Assembly: GCA_977020255.1 (NCBI GenBank)
Contig: CDROCS010001209.1
Span: 1 to 64,000, forward strand
From: Obrimoposthia wandeli
Taxonomy: Eukaryota
Direction of reading: 5' to 3'
DNA length: 64,000 bases
Shown: one piece after another, positions 19,901-30,143 of the stretch
Layout of the letters: every line of letters starts with the position of its first letter
Position numbering within the stretch: the first letter of the stretch is position 1
Position numbers and translations under genes: made by a program
Notes under the pieces: generated by a model
Databases searched by the model: none
Told to the model about the DNA's origin: nothing
Seen by the model: only the letters and a program-made list of their open reading frames with translations

Positions 19901-20652
19901 GCTTGATTGAACTTGAGCCAGAATACTCAATTTATACTTTCCCGCGTGGTGCACGCCCCGGTACATTTTTGCATACCGTGTTTGAAGAAATTGAATTTAC
20001 AGCGCCCGTCGATAGCTCTGAAACCGTGGCAACCTTGACTGATTTATTACAAAAAGAAAATTATGATCTGGTGTGGTTGCCCGTATTACAACAGCTGATT
20101 GAAGATGTGTTGAACTGTTCATTAGACGGACAGGGCATGAAATTAGTCGATAAAAACCCGTCTCAGCGCCTTACTGAAATGGAATTCTTACTGCCTATCA
20201 CCTTATTGTCATCGAGAATGTTGAATAAGGTGATAGCAAAGCATGACACGGTATCAGCCAAAGCGGGTGAACTGGGTTTTGCGACGGTCAGTGGCATGTT
20301 GAAAGGCTTTATCGACTTAGTGTTTGAGCATGATGGCAAATACTATGTACTCGATTGGAAATCGAACCATTTAGGTGACGATCCTAGTGTGTATCGTGGT
20401 GAGCAGCTTGTCGAAGCCATGCGTGATCACCGTTATGACTTGCAGTACCAAATCTATGCTCTTGCATTACAGCGTTTTCTGCGCAGCCGCATGCCGAATT
20501 ATGACTACGAGACCCACTTTGGTGGCGTGTATTACTTGTTTTTGCGTGGCATGGAAGCAGGCAGTGACAGTGGTATTTTCCATGCGCGCCCAAGTGAAGC
20601 TTTACTGCTGGAATTAGAACAATTAATTGATGGAGAGCAGATCGATGCTTAA
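16969..20652 (+). CDS. recB: Exodeoxyribonuclease V beta subunit
   Basis: IEASAGTGKT Walker A, MIDEFQDTD, TIHKSKGLE, nuclease GFIDL...VLDWKSN; start uncertain (16906, 16969 or 17032). Confidence 0.97.
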   Translation: MQPDLNVQSDLDNQSDLNHQPMDSANTPTKLQPMTFPLHGARLIEASAGTGKTFTIASLYLRLLLGHGNAETRHASELTVDQILVVTFTEAATAELRDRIRARIHDAQIAFRRGFSNDPVIEPLLTAIRDHKAAAQILLNAERQMDEAAIYTIHGFCQRMLTQNAFESGSRFNNEFVTDESQLKSLVTADYWRRNFYHLPPALANEVRNIWSSPAALLKDIGGNLTGAPVKLSVAAMSDSLADLHQQNMQRIDAIKAQWREHEADFEPLIANSGVNKRSYTKKSLPTWLAQVNQWAAQPTDNYELPDKLDRFHQHTLIEKTAKGEAPEHAVFVAIGELLDNPANLHDPLMAHAIEQCRVLLAQAKERKGWLSFDDLLTQLSAAIDNDQDDLLAGRIRSQYPVAMIDEFQDTDPQQYSIFSNIYRDQPECGLFMIGDPKQAIYAFRGADIFTYIQARRQVHDHYTLDTNWRSTADMIASVNSVFARPDSPFIFDQDIQFLSVNHSPKAPERSWWLDNQAQHALTFWHQDSFDGKPVTKGSYQETMANATAAQIQNVLTQAEQGSAFFQDKDHKKAIQASDVAVLVRTGNEGKLVRKALSEQGIASVYLSNRDSVFSTAESADIQRLLQAVLTPEDERALRAALASSLFALTAVELDELNNDENAWEAAINSFKEYRKQWLTRGVMAMIRSVMAKEKMAENLLAEEGGERRLTDLLHIAELLQEASQTLDSDYGLLRWLAEHVAEPNGNAEDQILRLESERNLVQIVTIHKSKGLEYDLVFMPFVCSYREVDSKGEVKYHDEAENITVLDIAKQADSIEKADKERLAEDLRLIYVALTRAVYGCYVGVAPIRNGRSTKEPTGLHHSAMGHLVQNGKVGTIADLELALAKLAESQPAITIAEPPVLPDEKWQPLDQDDAKLIPNQFTTSLERNWWMTSYSSLVKQGHQAYHDSSLDLPGFDIESAAETTIDAEANVDHDGSLIELEPEYSIYTFPRGARPGTFLHTVFEEIEFTAPVDSSETVATLTDLLQKENYDLVWLPVLQQLIEDVLNCSLDGQGMKLVDKNPSQRLTEMEFLLPITLLSSRMLNKVIAKHDTVSAKAGELGFATVSGMLKGFIDLVFEHDGKYYVLDWKSNHLGDDPSVYRGEQLVEAMRDHRYDLQYQIYALALQRFLRSRMPNYDYETHFGGVYYLFLRGMEAGSDSGIFHARPSEALLLELEQLIDGEQIDA

Positions 20653-22750
20653 GCGTTTGCAAGAACTCACAAAGCAAGGTGTACTGCGCCAGCTTGATTA
20701 TCAGTTTGCTAAATTTGTTGCGTTGCGTAGCCCTGAATCTCACTCCTCATTAGTGGCTTTGATTACCGCTCTTGTCAGCCATGAGCTCGGCAAAGGGCAC
20801 GTCTGTTTAAGGCTAAAGGATCTGAATACTCAATCATTGTTTGGCTTATCTAGCCGAGTGTCGATCACCTTACTGGATGGCTTGCCAGAGCCTAAAAATT
20901 GGGAAGCTGAGCTCAGTGGTTTATCGGTTATTTCAAATATGGCACAGGGCGAAAAACATGCCACCCCGCTAGTGCTTCAAGACGGTCGTTTATACTTGCA
21001 CCGTTATTGGCATTTTGAGCAGTTGGTGGCAAATAAGCTGCTGCATACTGCTCAATCGATAGCGCCTGCTGCTGTTATGCCATCGGTATTGAATACGCTA
21101 TTTCCTCGTACCTATACCTATTTGTATCAAGCCTTACAGCAGTTGAAAAAAGGACATTCATCAGCGTCACATACGGGTGATAGCGCCGAATGTCGCCAAC
21201 AAGAAGTGTGTGATAAGTTGGACGTGGTTCAAGCTGATGAACTGGATTGGCAAACCATTGATGCAGTATTAACCTCGGTAAATAAAGCGGAAGAATTGTC
21301 GGTATTGGATGATCTGGTACCAGAGTCGGTTTGCCTTAATTGGCAGAAAGTGGCGGCTGCGATGGCGATTACGCGTCAATTTTCGGTTATATCAGGGGGG
21401 CCGGGTACCGGTAAAACAACGACCGTCGCCAAGTTACTTGCTGCGTTAGTGATGCAAGCCGATGATGCTAATAACGGTGAAGGCGTTATTACACCAAATA
21501 TTAAGCTAGTCGCACCGACAGGGAAAGCCGCAGCCCGCTTGACAGAATCGATCGGTTTAGCCGTACAGTCGCTACCCGTTGATCCAGATGTACGTCAGCG
21601 TATTCCTACTCAATCGAGTACTATTCACCGCTTATTAGGCTCAGTACCTAATCAAGTTGATTTTCGTCATCATCGAGATAATCCGTTGCACCTTGATGTG
21701 CTGGTGGTTGATGAAGCGTCGATGGTCGATTTACCAATGATGGCGCGTTTGCTTGATGCATTACCGCCTCATGCCAAATTGATTCTGCTAGGTGACCGTG
21801 ATCAGCTCGCCTCTGTCGAAGCGGGTGCTGTATTGGGTGACATTTGTGCTTTTGCTAGTCAGGGATACAGCCAACAGCAGGGTCAAATACTTAGCCAATT
21901 AACGGGTTTTAATGTCTCTGGCATACGTCTTGGTACGGGTGAAGGTAATGCTGTTAGCCCAATTGCAGACAGCTTATGTATGCTGCAAAAAAGTTACCGT
22001 TTTCACGCAGAATCAGGTATCGGTAAATTGGCAAAAGCGATCAATGATGGGAAACCGTATGATGTTGATAGAATCTGCCAACACGACTTTAAAGACATTA
22101 ATCATTACCCGCTAAGTGCTGAAAACTACCAAAAGATGATCAATCGAACGGTGACCTTCTACCGTGATTATTTAGATGCTATTGAACACAAGCAAGAACC
22201 GGAAGTGGTATTGAAAGCCTTTTCTAGCGTGCGCCTATTATGTGCATTACGGGAAGGTGATTTTGGTGTCGTCGGTTTGAATCAGCGCATAGAGCGTGAG
22301 TTAGTGCGAATTGGAAAAATAAACCAAACAGATGATACCTGGTATGAAGGTCGCCCTGTCATGATAACCCGAAATGATCATGGTTTAGGGCTCTATAATG
22401 GTGACATTGGTATCGCAATGATTGATGAAAAAGTTGATCCCGAGAAGCCACATCTACGCGTCTTTTTTGAAATGCCTGATGGGTCTATTCGCAGCGTATT
22501 GCCAAGCCGATTGCCTGAGCATGAAACCGTGTATGCGATGACTATCCATAAATCGCAAGGTTCTGAATTTACAGACACCCTAATGGTGCTACCTAAAGAC
22601 TTCACGCCTATTTTAACGCGAGAGTTGATTTATACCGGCGTTACACGGGCGAAAGCTCGCTTATACTTGTTTGCTCAACCAGATGTGATATCCCGGGCTG
22701 TAAGATTACGAACGGAAAGAGCAAGTGGATTAGTCTGTTTATTAGGATAG
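20645..22750 (+). CDS. recD: Exodeoxyribonuclease V alpha subunit
   Basis: ISGGPGTGKTT, APTGKAAARL, VVDEASMVD, YAMTIHKSQGSEF; the ATG at 20645 overlaps the recB stop. Confidence 0.97.
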   Translation: MLKRLQELTKQGVLRQLDYQFAKFVALRSPESHSSLVALITALVSHELGKGHVCLRLKDLNTQSLFGLSSRVSITLLDGLPEPKNWEAELSGLSVISNMAQGEKHATPLVLQDGRLYLHRYWHFEQLVANKLLHTAQSIAPAAVMPSVLNTLFPRTYTYLYQALQQLKKGHSSASHTGDSAECRQQEVCDKLDVVQADELDWQTIDAVLTSVNKAEELSVLDDLVPESVCLNWQKVAAAMAITRQFSVISGGPGTGKTTTVAKLLAALVMQADDANNGEGVITPNIKLVAPTGKAAARLTESIGLAVQSLPVDPDVRQRIPTQSSTIHRLLGSVPNQVDFRHHRDNPLHLDVLVVDEASMVDLPMMARLLDALPPHAKLILLGDRDQLASVEAGAVLGDICAFASQGYSQQQGQILSQLTGFNVSGIRLGTGEGNAVSPIADSLCMLQKSYRFHAESGIGKLAKAINDGKPYDVDRICQHDFKDINHYPLSAENYQKMINRTVTFYRDYLDAIEHKQEPEVVLKAFSSVRLLCALREGDFGVVGLNQRIERELVRIGKINQTDDTWYEGRPVMITRNDHGLGLYNGDIGIAMIDEKVDPEKPHLRVFFEMPDGSIRSVLPSRLPEHETVYAMTIHKSQGSEFTDTLMVLPKDFTPILTRELIYTGVTRAKARLYLFAQPDVISRAVRLRTERASGLVCLLG

Positions 22751-22774
22751 GCTTTAAGGGATGTAAATGACAAT

Positions 22775-22803
22775 AAATGCCTGCTATTGCAGGCGTTTGT
22801 CTT
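22775..22803. terminator. Terminator between convergent recD and argA
   Basis: AAATGCCTGC-TATT-GCAGGCGTTT hairpin. Confidence 0.7.
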
Positions 22804-22810
22804 TTATAGG

Positions 22811-24136
22811 CTAGACAGCCAACACTAAAATCTTAGATCGACGTTGGAAGTTATATAATGCTTTTTTAGCCATCGGTAATTGTTCTACATCGGACTCGAT
22901 AAAGCCTTGCTCTAGGAACCAATGTACGCTGCGAGTGGTTAAGACAAAAATGTGTTTTAAGCGCTGTTCTTTAGCTTGCTGTCGCAGGCGATTAAGCAGT
23001 ATGACACCACGATCCCCGTCTCTAAAATCAGGGTGAACAGCAACACATGCCATCTCTGCAATTTTTTCATCAGGAAATGGATACAACGCAGCACACGCAA
23101 TGATCAGCCCATCGCGCTCAATAATGGTGAATTGTTCGATTTCTTGCTCGAGTTGCTCACGAGATCGACGGACTAAAATGCCTTCTTGTTCGAGAGGGTA
23201 GATAAGGTCGAGAATACCACCAATGTCATCAATGCCAGCACCACGCACTTTTTCAGCGCTTGCCATCACGATTTGAGTACCAATACCATCAAGCGAGAAG
23301 AGCTCTTGAATCAATGCACCGTCTTCTTTATAGCTAATCAAGTGGCTACGCGGTACGCCAGCACGACATGCACTTACAGCACCCCGTAAGAAGCGAGCGG
23401 TACCACAATCACCGTCTTGTGCGTCGATTAAATGTTGTAGAGCCGTTTCTGCTTCGTTGGGTAGCATTTCTGATGCAACTTCACCATCAAGATCAATAAC
23501 CCCTTGCTCTGAGCAGAAACCAATTAACTTATCGGCTTTTAGCCTGATGGCAAGCTGAGTCGCGACTTCTTCCGAAGTAAGGTTAAAGCATTCCCCCGTC
23601 ACTGAACTTGCAACCGGCCCGAGTAAAACAATCGAGTTTTGAGTGAGCTGGCGCTGAATGCCATTTATATCAATACGGCGAATACGACCGGTATGGGAAT
23701 AATCGATACCGTCATCGATACCCAGTGGTTGAGCGATGATGAAGTTGCCACTAATGACATTTATCTGCGCCCCAGCCATTGGTGTATTGTTGAGACCCAT
23801 TGAAAATCGAGCCGTAATATCGAGCTGTAATTGCCCCGCAGCTTGTTTTACTAATTCTAGTGCGCGTGCGTCGGTAACCCGGATGCCTTTATGGTAAGGC
23901 GTTGTGTAGCCCTGTGAGGTCAATAGGTTTGATATTTGCGGACGAGCGCCATATACCACAACAATTTGTAAACCTAGGCTGTTTAACAGCGCAATATCGT
24001 TAACAATATTTGCAAAGTTAGGATCAGCAATAGCTTCGCCGCCTAACATAATGACAACCGTTTTACCTGAGTGTGCATTCACGTAGGGGGCTGATTGCCT
24101 AAAGCCTTTTACGAGGGCAGTACTACGAAGTTTCAA
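22811..24136 (-). CDS. argA: Amino-acid N-acetyltransferase (N-acetylglutamate synthase)
   Basis: [16 protein letters not shown], amino-acid-kinase-like domain plus C-terminal GNAT domain ([19 protein letters not shown]); TTG start. Confidence 0.95.
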   Translation of the reverse strand: MKLRSTALVKGFRQSAPYVNAHSGKTVVIMLGGEAIADPNFANIVNDIALLNSLGLQIVVVYGARPQISNLLTSQGYTTPYHKGIRVTDARALELVKQAAGQLQLDITARFSMGLNNTPMAGAQINVISGNFIIAQPLGIDDGIDYSHTGRIRRIDINGIQRQLTQNSIVLLGPVASSVTGECFNLTSEEVATQLAIRLKADKLIGFCSEQGVIDLDGEVASEMLPNEAETALQHLIDAQDGDCGTARFLRGAVSACRAGVPRSHLISYKEDGALIQELFSLDGIGTQIVMASAEKVRGAGIDDIGGILDLIYPLEQEGILVRRSREQLEQEIEQFTIIERDGLIIACAALYPFPDEKIAEMACVAVHPDFRDGDRGVILLNRLRQQAKEQRLKHIFVLTTRSVHWFLEQGFIESDVEQLPMAKKALYNFQRRSKILVLAV

Positions 24137-24153
24137 TATGTTACATCCATGTA

Positions 24154-24171
24154 AGGAAATGCTTATTCACT
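24154..24171 (-). promoter_or_regulatory. Possible ARG box (ArgR site)
   Basis: AGTGAATAAGCATTTCCT on the minus strand just upstream of argA; good left half-site, weak right half. Confidence 0.4.
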
Positions 24172-24323
24172 CAAAGTAAATGAATTGGTGGAATTGTACA
24201 GTCAGTATTGTAATATTTTTTTTGATTCAAGATCCCATTCTTCAATAAGCGAAAGGTTTTAGCGCAATATTTCTTTATGAATTAGGTATATTACGTCATG
24301 TATTTCGTTGTGTATGACAGGTA

Positions 24324-24698
24324 ATGAAGAGTACAAATCTTAGAAGATTCCAAAGTACATTTCTTGTTTCAATTATTGTTATTACGCTAATTTCAGCGAT
24401 CATGATGGCAACTGGAATAGTCAAAATTGATTGGTTTGCCCCTAAGCCCCTCACGAATATTTATGGTACTTGGACGGAGCAAGAGGTGGCACATTATGCC
24501 GCTGATAGCTTTGAACTACGTGCATCGGGTGTTTTTGTGAATGGACGACAAATTAGTACTCACTATCAGTGGGATGGTAATACACTCAGTTACCGTCTTG
24601 GCGATGATGTGTATCTGTATCACTATTTATCTAACCGTTTAGTACGCCAACAGCCTGCTCATTATATTTCAATATTTGCCCGCACCCAAAAAGGATAA
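24324..24698 (+). CDS. DUF2850-like membrane-anchored protein
   Basis: N-terminal TM helix; IYGTWTEQEVAHYAADSFEL...GV pattern recalled from Vibrionaceae DUF2850. Confidence 0.65.
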   Translation: MKSTNLRRFQSTFLVSIIVITLISAIMMATGIVKIDWFAPKPLTNIYGTWTEQEVAHYAADSFELRASGVFVNGRQISTHYQWDGNTLSYRLGDDVYLYHYLSNRLVRQQPAHYISIFARTQKG

Positions 24699-24952
24699 TG
24701 CGCCAGCGATATCCTACTTGATTCATTCATCGTTATGTCTTTTTCATTTACCAATCACTTACTAAGTTGCGCATCCATTGGTATTCTCTCGCGTTAAAAA
24801 CAAAACCATGACACATTGAAATGATTTACCGCTAAAATAATTATTCAGCGATATGAAGTAAGCGTTTGCTAATGTTAGTTATATGTCGTGCTGCCGCTGG
24901 CGTGCGGGGTATAATAATCATGCTCATAAATTTATCAATATAGGTCTTTACC

Positions 24953-26056
24953 GTGTTTCGTCAAATAACAATTGCAATGATTATCATTGGTTTAGCTGGG
25001 TGTTCGCAGTTGCCTACAAATCGTGGACAACAATATTTAGATGGTGACTTTGAACAAGTCTTGAATGAAGTACCCACGGTAGAGTCTGAACAACCTCAAG
25101 ATTACAGTACTTTTTCAGAGCAGATGGAAAGGGTTATTGAACGTTCACCGTCAATGGCTAAAAAACATGAATCGCTTTATCGTCAGATTGAAAATTGGGC
25201 TGAACAAAACGGCGACCCTCGCCAGCTTGGAAATTATGGTATCCAAGTGGCTCAAATGGGAGGGGGAGATAGTAAAGGAAATGTCATGTTTACGGGTTAT
25301 TACTCACCCGTGATTGAGCTGCGCCACCAACCTGATGAGACATACCGTTATCCTGTTTATGGCATGCCAACGTGTGAAGAACGTTGCCCTAGCCGTGAAG
25401 AGATTTACCAAGGTGCATTAGATGGCCAAGGATTAGAGCTCGGTTACAGTGCCTCTATGCTTGATGTTTTTATGATGGAAGTGCAAGGCAGCGGTTTTGT
25501 GCATTTCGACGACGATGGTGAATTACAGTACTTTGCATACAAAGGTAAAAATGGTCACCGCTATGTCAGTATTGGGCGTGTATTGATTGAGCGTGGTGAA
25601 GTGCCTCGTGAAAAAATGTCACTGAAAGCGATTGAAGAGTGGGTTAACGCGAATGACGAAGCGACGGTTCGTGAGTTGTTAGAAGAAAACCCATCGTATG
25701 TTTTCTTCCAACCCAAAGAATCTTTAGATGTGATGGGAACGGCGGGTATTCCATTACTGGCGCATGCTTCAGTAGCCGCAGATCGAGAATACTTACCCAT
25801 GGGCAGTGTTATTTTAGCCGAAGTCCCTCAACTAGATGAGGCGGGTAACTGGAACGGTCAGCATGTATTGAAGTTGCTAATGGCGCTTGATACCGGCGGT
25901 GCAGTGAAGAAAAATCATCTGGATTTATATCACGGCATGGGGAAACAGGCAGGAACGGATGCGGGTCACTACAAACATTTTGGTCGGGTGTGGAAGCTTG
26001 GGCTTAAAGGCAGCGCCACTGAAGATCCGTGGTTAATGCCAGCCGCTGAAAAGTAA
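24953..26056 (+). CDS. mltA: Membrane-bound lytic murein transglycosylase A
   Basis: Lipobox LAGC; FTGYYSP, FMMEVQGSG, NPSYVFF, ALDTGGAVK, HLDLYHG. Confidence 0.95.
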   Translation: MFRQITIAMIIIGLAGCSQLPTNRGQQYLDGDFEQVLNEVPTVESEQPQDYSTFSEQMERVIERSPSMAKKHESLYRQIENWAEQNGDPRQLGNYGIQVAQMGGGDSKGNVMFTGYYSPVIELRHQPDETYRYPVYGMPTCEERCPSREEIYQGALDGQGLELGYSASMLDVFMMEVQGSGFVHFDDDGELQYFAYKGKNGHRYVSIGRVLIERGEVPREKMSLKAIEEWVNANDEATVRELLEENPSYVFFQPKESLDVMGTAGIPLLAHASVAADREYLPMGSVILAEVPQLDEAGNWNGQHVLKLLMALDTGGAVKKNHLDLYHGMGKQAGTDAGHYKHFGRVWKLGLKGSATEDPWLMPAAEK

Positions 26057-26182
26057 TCCTAGTGCTTTAAGCGATATCACCTTCCCCTGCTATTTGTGGG
26101 ATACTGGACAATCTCTACCAGAGCGCGTATAAAACGCGCTCATTCTTTATCTGAACGATCCTTAGCTATCAGTGAATAATTT

Positions 26183-26995
26183 ATGCGCGAATTAGAAACC
26201 CCAGCCTCAGAGAATTATAACCAACGTTTTGGTGGCACACGTCGTCTATATGGCAACAGCGAAGTTGAAATATTACGTGCTGCGCATGTGTGTGTGATTG
26301 GCATTGGCGGTGTAGGTTCTTGGGCGGCAGAAGCGCTCACTCGTTCAGGTGTGGGTGAATTAACCTTAATTGATATGGATGATATTTGTGTTACTAATAT
26401 CAACCGTCAGATCCATGCGATGACAGGCACCATTGGTCAGAGCAAGATTGAAGTCATGGCTGAACGCATTAAGTTGATTAACCCTGAGTGTAAGGTCAAT
26501 TTGATCGATGATTTTATTACTCCCGAAAATATCGCCGAGTATATCGATGCGCGTTACGACTACATTCTTGATGCGATTGATAGCATGAAGCCTAAAGCGG
26601 CGCTGCTGGCATATTGTAAGAGCAATAAACTAAAAGTGATCACTACAGGTGGTGCGGGCGGTCAGACCGATCCGACTCAGATTCAAATTACGGATTTAAC
26701 GAAGACAATCCAAGATCCTCTGGCAAAGAAATTGCGTGATACGTTACGTCGCTTTCATAATTTCAGTAAAAATCCTAAGCGTAAATTTGGCATTGATTGT
26801 GTGTTTTCTACCGAGCAATTAAAGTACCCGCAAGCAGATGGTTCGGTATGCAATATGAAAGCATCGGCTGAAGGGCCTAAAAAAATGGATTGTGCGAGTG
26901 GTTTTGGTGCAGCAACAATGGTGACGGCAACATTCGGCTTTGTCGCTGTTTCTCGTATTATTCAGAAAATAGTTGAAAAGCATTTACAGAAATAA
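26183..26995 (+). CDS. tcdA: tRNA threonylcarbamoyladenosine dehydratase
   Basis: RFGGTRRLYG, GIGGVGSW (E1-like fold), QDPLAKKLR, CVFSTEQL. Confidence 0.95.
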   Translation: MRELETPASENYNQRFGGTRRLYGNSEVEILRAAHVCVIGIGGVGSWAAEALTRSGVGELTLIDMDDICVTNINRQIHAMTGTIGQSKIEVMAERIKLINPECKVNLIDDFITPENIAEYIDARYDYILDAIDSMKPKAALLAYCKSNKLKVITTGGAGGQTDPTQIQITDLTKTIQDPLAKKLRDTLRRFHNFSKNPKRKFGIDCVFSTEQLKYPQADGSVCNMKASAEGPKKMDCASGFGAATMVTATFGFVAVSRIIQKIVEKHLQK

Positions 26996-27063
26996 TGTTA
27001 TCTCGGCGAATCAATAGCTGCTGATTTATGTACATTGTTTTTGCGATAAATTGTTTTTGCAAT

Positions 27064-27091
27064 AAAAAAGAGAGCCGAAGCTCTCCTTTTT
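27064..27091. terminator. Bidirectional terminator
   Basis: AAAAAAGAGAGC-CGAA-GCTCTCCTTTTT between tcdA and csdE. Confidence 0.8.
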
Positions 27092-27126
27092 AGTATTCAA
27101 ACAATCGTTTATTCAGAAATCAAGTG

Positions 27127-27561
27127 CTAGTCAGCCAATGTTCTAATCTGTTCCACAATGGCTTTTAAACCATTGCCACGAGATGGGCTAAGGTGGGCAA
27201 TCAAACCCAGTTGCTCAAAATAGGTATCGATATCAAATGCTCGAATTTCTTCCGCATTTTTACCTTCGTAAGCAGCAAGTACTAACGTAATCAGACCGCG
27301 TACAATACGGGCATCTGAATCTGCCATGAAATGAAACTGACCATCTTGCGCTTCATGTGCTAACCACACTTGGCTTTCGCAGCCACTCACTTTTAATGTG
27401 TCGTGCTTAAATGCTTCAGGTAATGCTGGCAGCTTTTTCCCTAATTGAATCACTGTGCGGTATCTATCTTCCCAGCCATTTGCAGCTTGCATCTGCTCAA
27501 CGATATCGTTCGCGGTAATTTCTGTTCCGAATGGATGTTGAGGCAGTGTCGCGTCAGTCAT
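27127..27561 (-). CDS. csdE: Sulfur acceptor protein, SufE family
   Basis: WEDRYRTVIQLGK, GCESQVW, DSDARIVRGL, SPSRGNGL; adjacent to csdA. Confidence 0.93.
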   Translation of the reverse strand: MTDATLPQHPFGTEITANDIVEQMQAANGWEDRYRTVIQLGKKLPALPEAFKHDTLKVSGCESQVWLAHEAQDGQFHFMADSDARIVRGLITLVLAAYEGKNAEEIRAFDIDTYFEQLGLIAHLSPSRGNGLKAIVEQIRTLAD

Positions 27562-27575
27562 TATTTTCTCTCTTT

Positions 27576-28796
27576 TTACAGCAAACTACAGGCTTTATGG
27601 AGCGCTGCAATAAAGCGCTCAATGTCTTGTTCGGTGTTATATAGGGCTAATGATACGCGCAACGTTCCCGTTAATCCTAGTGCATCAAGCATTGGATGAG
27701 CACAATGATGCCCCGCTCGTAACGCGATACCTTGTTGGTCGAGCAGGGTCGCAATATCTTGGTGGTGAACACCATCAACCACAAATGAAAATAAGCTCGC
27801 ATGTTCTTGCAGGCCAACGATACGTAAATCATCAATATCGCTAATACCATCAATGGCTTTTTGACGTAGCTGTGCAATGTGTTGTTCGGCACCGTGACGA
27901 TCTAGGCTTTCTAGCCACTCAATGGCTGTTGCTAATGCTAGGCTACCCGCAACATTGGGGGTGCCAGCTTCAAATTTACCCGGTAGGGCTGAAAATGTAG
28001 TGCCAGAGAATGATACTTTCTCAACCATCTTGCCACCACCGTGCCAAGGCGGCATCGCCTCGAGTAATGCTTTTTTGCCATACAGTACGCCGATACCCGC
28101 AGGTGCATAAAGTTTATGCCCAGAAAAAACATAAAAGTCGGCATCCAGCGTTTGAACATCTACCGCCTCATGAACAATCCCTTGAGCACCATCGACAACC
28201 ACTACCGCATTGTAATGATGAGCAGCAACCGTTATTGCTTCGATAGGGGTACGGGTGCCTGTTACGTTGGTGATATGGGCAATTGCGACAATTTTGGTTT
28301 TATCGGTTAATAGCTGGTGGAAGGCATCCATGTCTAGTGTGCAATCGGGAAGCATGGGTATTTTAACCACGTTCGCACCCGTTTGCTCAGCGACTATTTG
28401 CCAAGGCACAATGTTTGCGTGGTGCTCGAGTTCACTGACAAGAATTTCATCCCCCGGTTGTAACGTTTGGCGAGCATATGTCTGGGCAACAAGATTTAAC
28501 GCTTCTGTTGCGCCACGGGTCCAAATGATCTCGCAACTATGTTGGGCATGAATAAATTGTTGAACGGTTTGGCGAGCTTGTTCAAATTTTGCCGTGGCTG
28601 ATGCTGTTAGGCTATGACTACCACGGTGAACATTAGCATTGTGACCACTATAGTACTGCTGGATCGTTTCAATAACCGCGAATGGTTTTTGTGCCGTTGC
28701 TGCACTATCTAGATAGACAAGCGGCTGGCCATTACAGTTTTGTTGTAAGGCTGGAAACTGTTGATAAACTTGATTGATATCGAATTGAGCAGTCAT
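27576..28796 (-). CDS. csdA: Cysteine desulfurase
   Basis: YLDSAATAQKP, SGHK PLP lysine, FEAGTPN, RAGHHCA; synteny with csdE and tcdA. Confidence 0.93.
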   Translation of the reverse strand: MTAQFDINQVYQQFPALQQNCNGQPLVYLDSAATAQKPFAVIETIQQYYSGHNANVHRGSHSLTASATAKFEQARQTVQQFIHAQHSCEIIWTRGATEALNLVAQTYARQTLQPGDEILVSELEHHANIVPWQIVAEQTGANVVKIPMLPDCTLDMDAFHQLLTDKTKIVAIAHITNVTGTRTPIEAITVAAHHYNAVVVVDGAQGIVHEAVDVQTLDADFYVFSGHKLYAPAGIGVLYGKKALLEAMPPWHGGGKMVEKVSFSGTTFSALPGKFEAGTPNVAGSLALATAIEWLESLDRHGAEQHIAQLRQKAIDGISDIDDLRIVGLQEHASLFSFVVDGVHHQDIATLLDQQGIALRAGHHCAHPMLDALGLTGTLRVSLALYNTEQDIERFIAALHKACSLL

Positions 28797-28947
28797 GGTG
28801 AGTCACATTGCGTAAATTTAAGGGATCGATCATGCTAATTATTTGCGGTAAGGGCAAGTAGATATCCCTATTCCTTAAATAATTTATCTATTCTTTGAGT
28901 AATTATACTTACAGGGCGTGTGTTTTGCCGATTAGAAAGGTACAGAT

Positions 28948-29138
28948 AAAAAAAAAGCACTGCGTTGGGCGCAGTGCTAAGAATAAATTTTTGACAGACA
29001 GGTCAAACAAAAAAGAAGTAAATGGTAGATTCACTACCTGTCCGACACAACTCGGACAATATGCAAACACAACATCACAACATTGACTTAACCGATAATG
29101 CCAGAGGGCAGAATATCAGACGCTTAAGCCTACGTTGT
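28948..29138 (-). ncRNA. gcvB: GcvB small RNA
   Basis: Divergent from gcvA; GU-rich R1 seed TGTTGTGATGTTGTGTTTGCA, CCTGTCTGTC R3 motif, terminator AGCACTGCG-CCCAA-CGCAGTGCT-T run. Confidence 0.93.
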
Positions 29139-29145
29139 GACACGA

Positions 29146-29174
29146 ATCATAGGGTTTATCTAGCACTTGAACAA
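29146..29174 (-). promoter_or_regulatory. Putative gcvB sigma70 promoter
   Basis: TTGTTC-N17-TATGAT, 7 nt upstream of the inferred GcvB start. Confidence 0.55.
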
Positions 29175-29234
29175 TGGACAATTTATAATACTTGTCATTA
29201 AAAAAACTAATGTATCAGCCAGCATCGGAAAACT

Positions 29235-30143
29235 ATGTCTAGACGATTACCACCGCTTAACTCATTGAAGGTTTTTGAAGCCGCCGCGAGGCACCTAAGT
29301 TTTACGCGAGCAGCGGAAGAACTCTTTGTTACACAAGCTGCTGTAAGCCACCAAATTAAAGCACTTGAGGAGTTTCTTGGGCTTAAATTATTTCGTCGCC
29401 GCAACCGTTCATTACTGTTAACGGAAGAGGGACAAAGTTACTTTCTCGATATAAAAGATGTTTTTTCAGCGATATCTGAAGCAACCGATAAAGTGCTAGA
29501 AAGGGGAGCGAAAGGTGCATTAACCATTAGTTTACCTCCTAGTTTTGCTATCCAATGGTTGGTGCCTCGTTTAGCTGATTTTAATGAGCAACATCCTGAG
29601 ATTGATGTGCGAATTAAGGCGGTTGATTTAGATGAGGGATCGTTAACGGATGATGTCGATGTCGCGATTTATTATGGTCGTGGTAATTGGGCAGGGTTAC
29701 GTGCTGACAAGTTGTATCAAGAGTACCTTCTACCGGTTTGCTCACCGATGTTACTCGCAGGCATTAAACCGTTACGCACCTTAAGTGATTTAAAACTACA
29801 TACTTTATTGCACGATACGTCGCGAAAAGAATGGAAAAACTATGTTCGTCATTATGAGTTGAGTGACGTCAATGTAAATCAAGGTCCGATTTTTAGCCAT
29901 TCCACCATGGTATTACAGGCAGCTGTGCATGGGCAGGGAATTGCATTAGGCAATAACGTGCTTGCTCAGCCTGAATTGGATGCTGGTCGCTTAGTGTGTC
30001 CGTTTGATGAAATATTAATGAGTAAAAATGCTTTTTATTTGGTTTGTCAGGAACGACAAGCTGAAACGGGGCGTATTCAAGCCTTCCGTGGTTGGGTGCT
30101 GGCAAAAGCAGCAAGAGAGCAGGAAGATATTACGGATGCCTAA
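29235..30143 (+). CDS. gcvA: Glycine cleavage system transcriptional activator
   Basis: MSRRLPPLNSLKVFEAAARHLSFTRAAEELFVTQAAVSHQIK; LLHDTSR, GPIFSHSTMVLQAA. Confidence 0.96.
   Translation: MSRRLPPLNSLKVFEAAARHLSFTRAAEELFVTQAAVSHQIKALEEFLGLKLFRRRNRSLLLTEEGQSYFLDIKDVFSAISEATDKVLERGAKGALTISLPPSFAIQWLVPRLADFNEQHPEIDVRIKAVDLDEGSLTDDVDVAIYYGRGNWAGLRADKLYQEYLLPVCSPMLLAGIKPLRTLSDLKLHTLLHDTSRKEWKNYVRHYELSDVNVNQGPIFSHSTMVLQAAVHGQGIALGNNVLAQPELDAGRLVCPFDEILMSKNAFYLVCQERQAETGRIQAFRGWVLAKAAREQEDITDA

Noticed and set aside
21100-21340. Insertion of about 75 aa in RecD before the Walker A region relative to E. coli
   Set aside because: As I recall this is typical of Vibrionaceae RecD; it shows no intein or endonuclease motifs.
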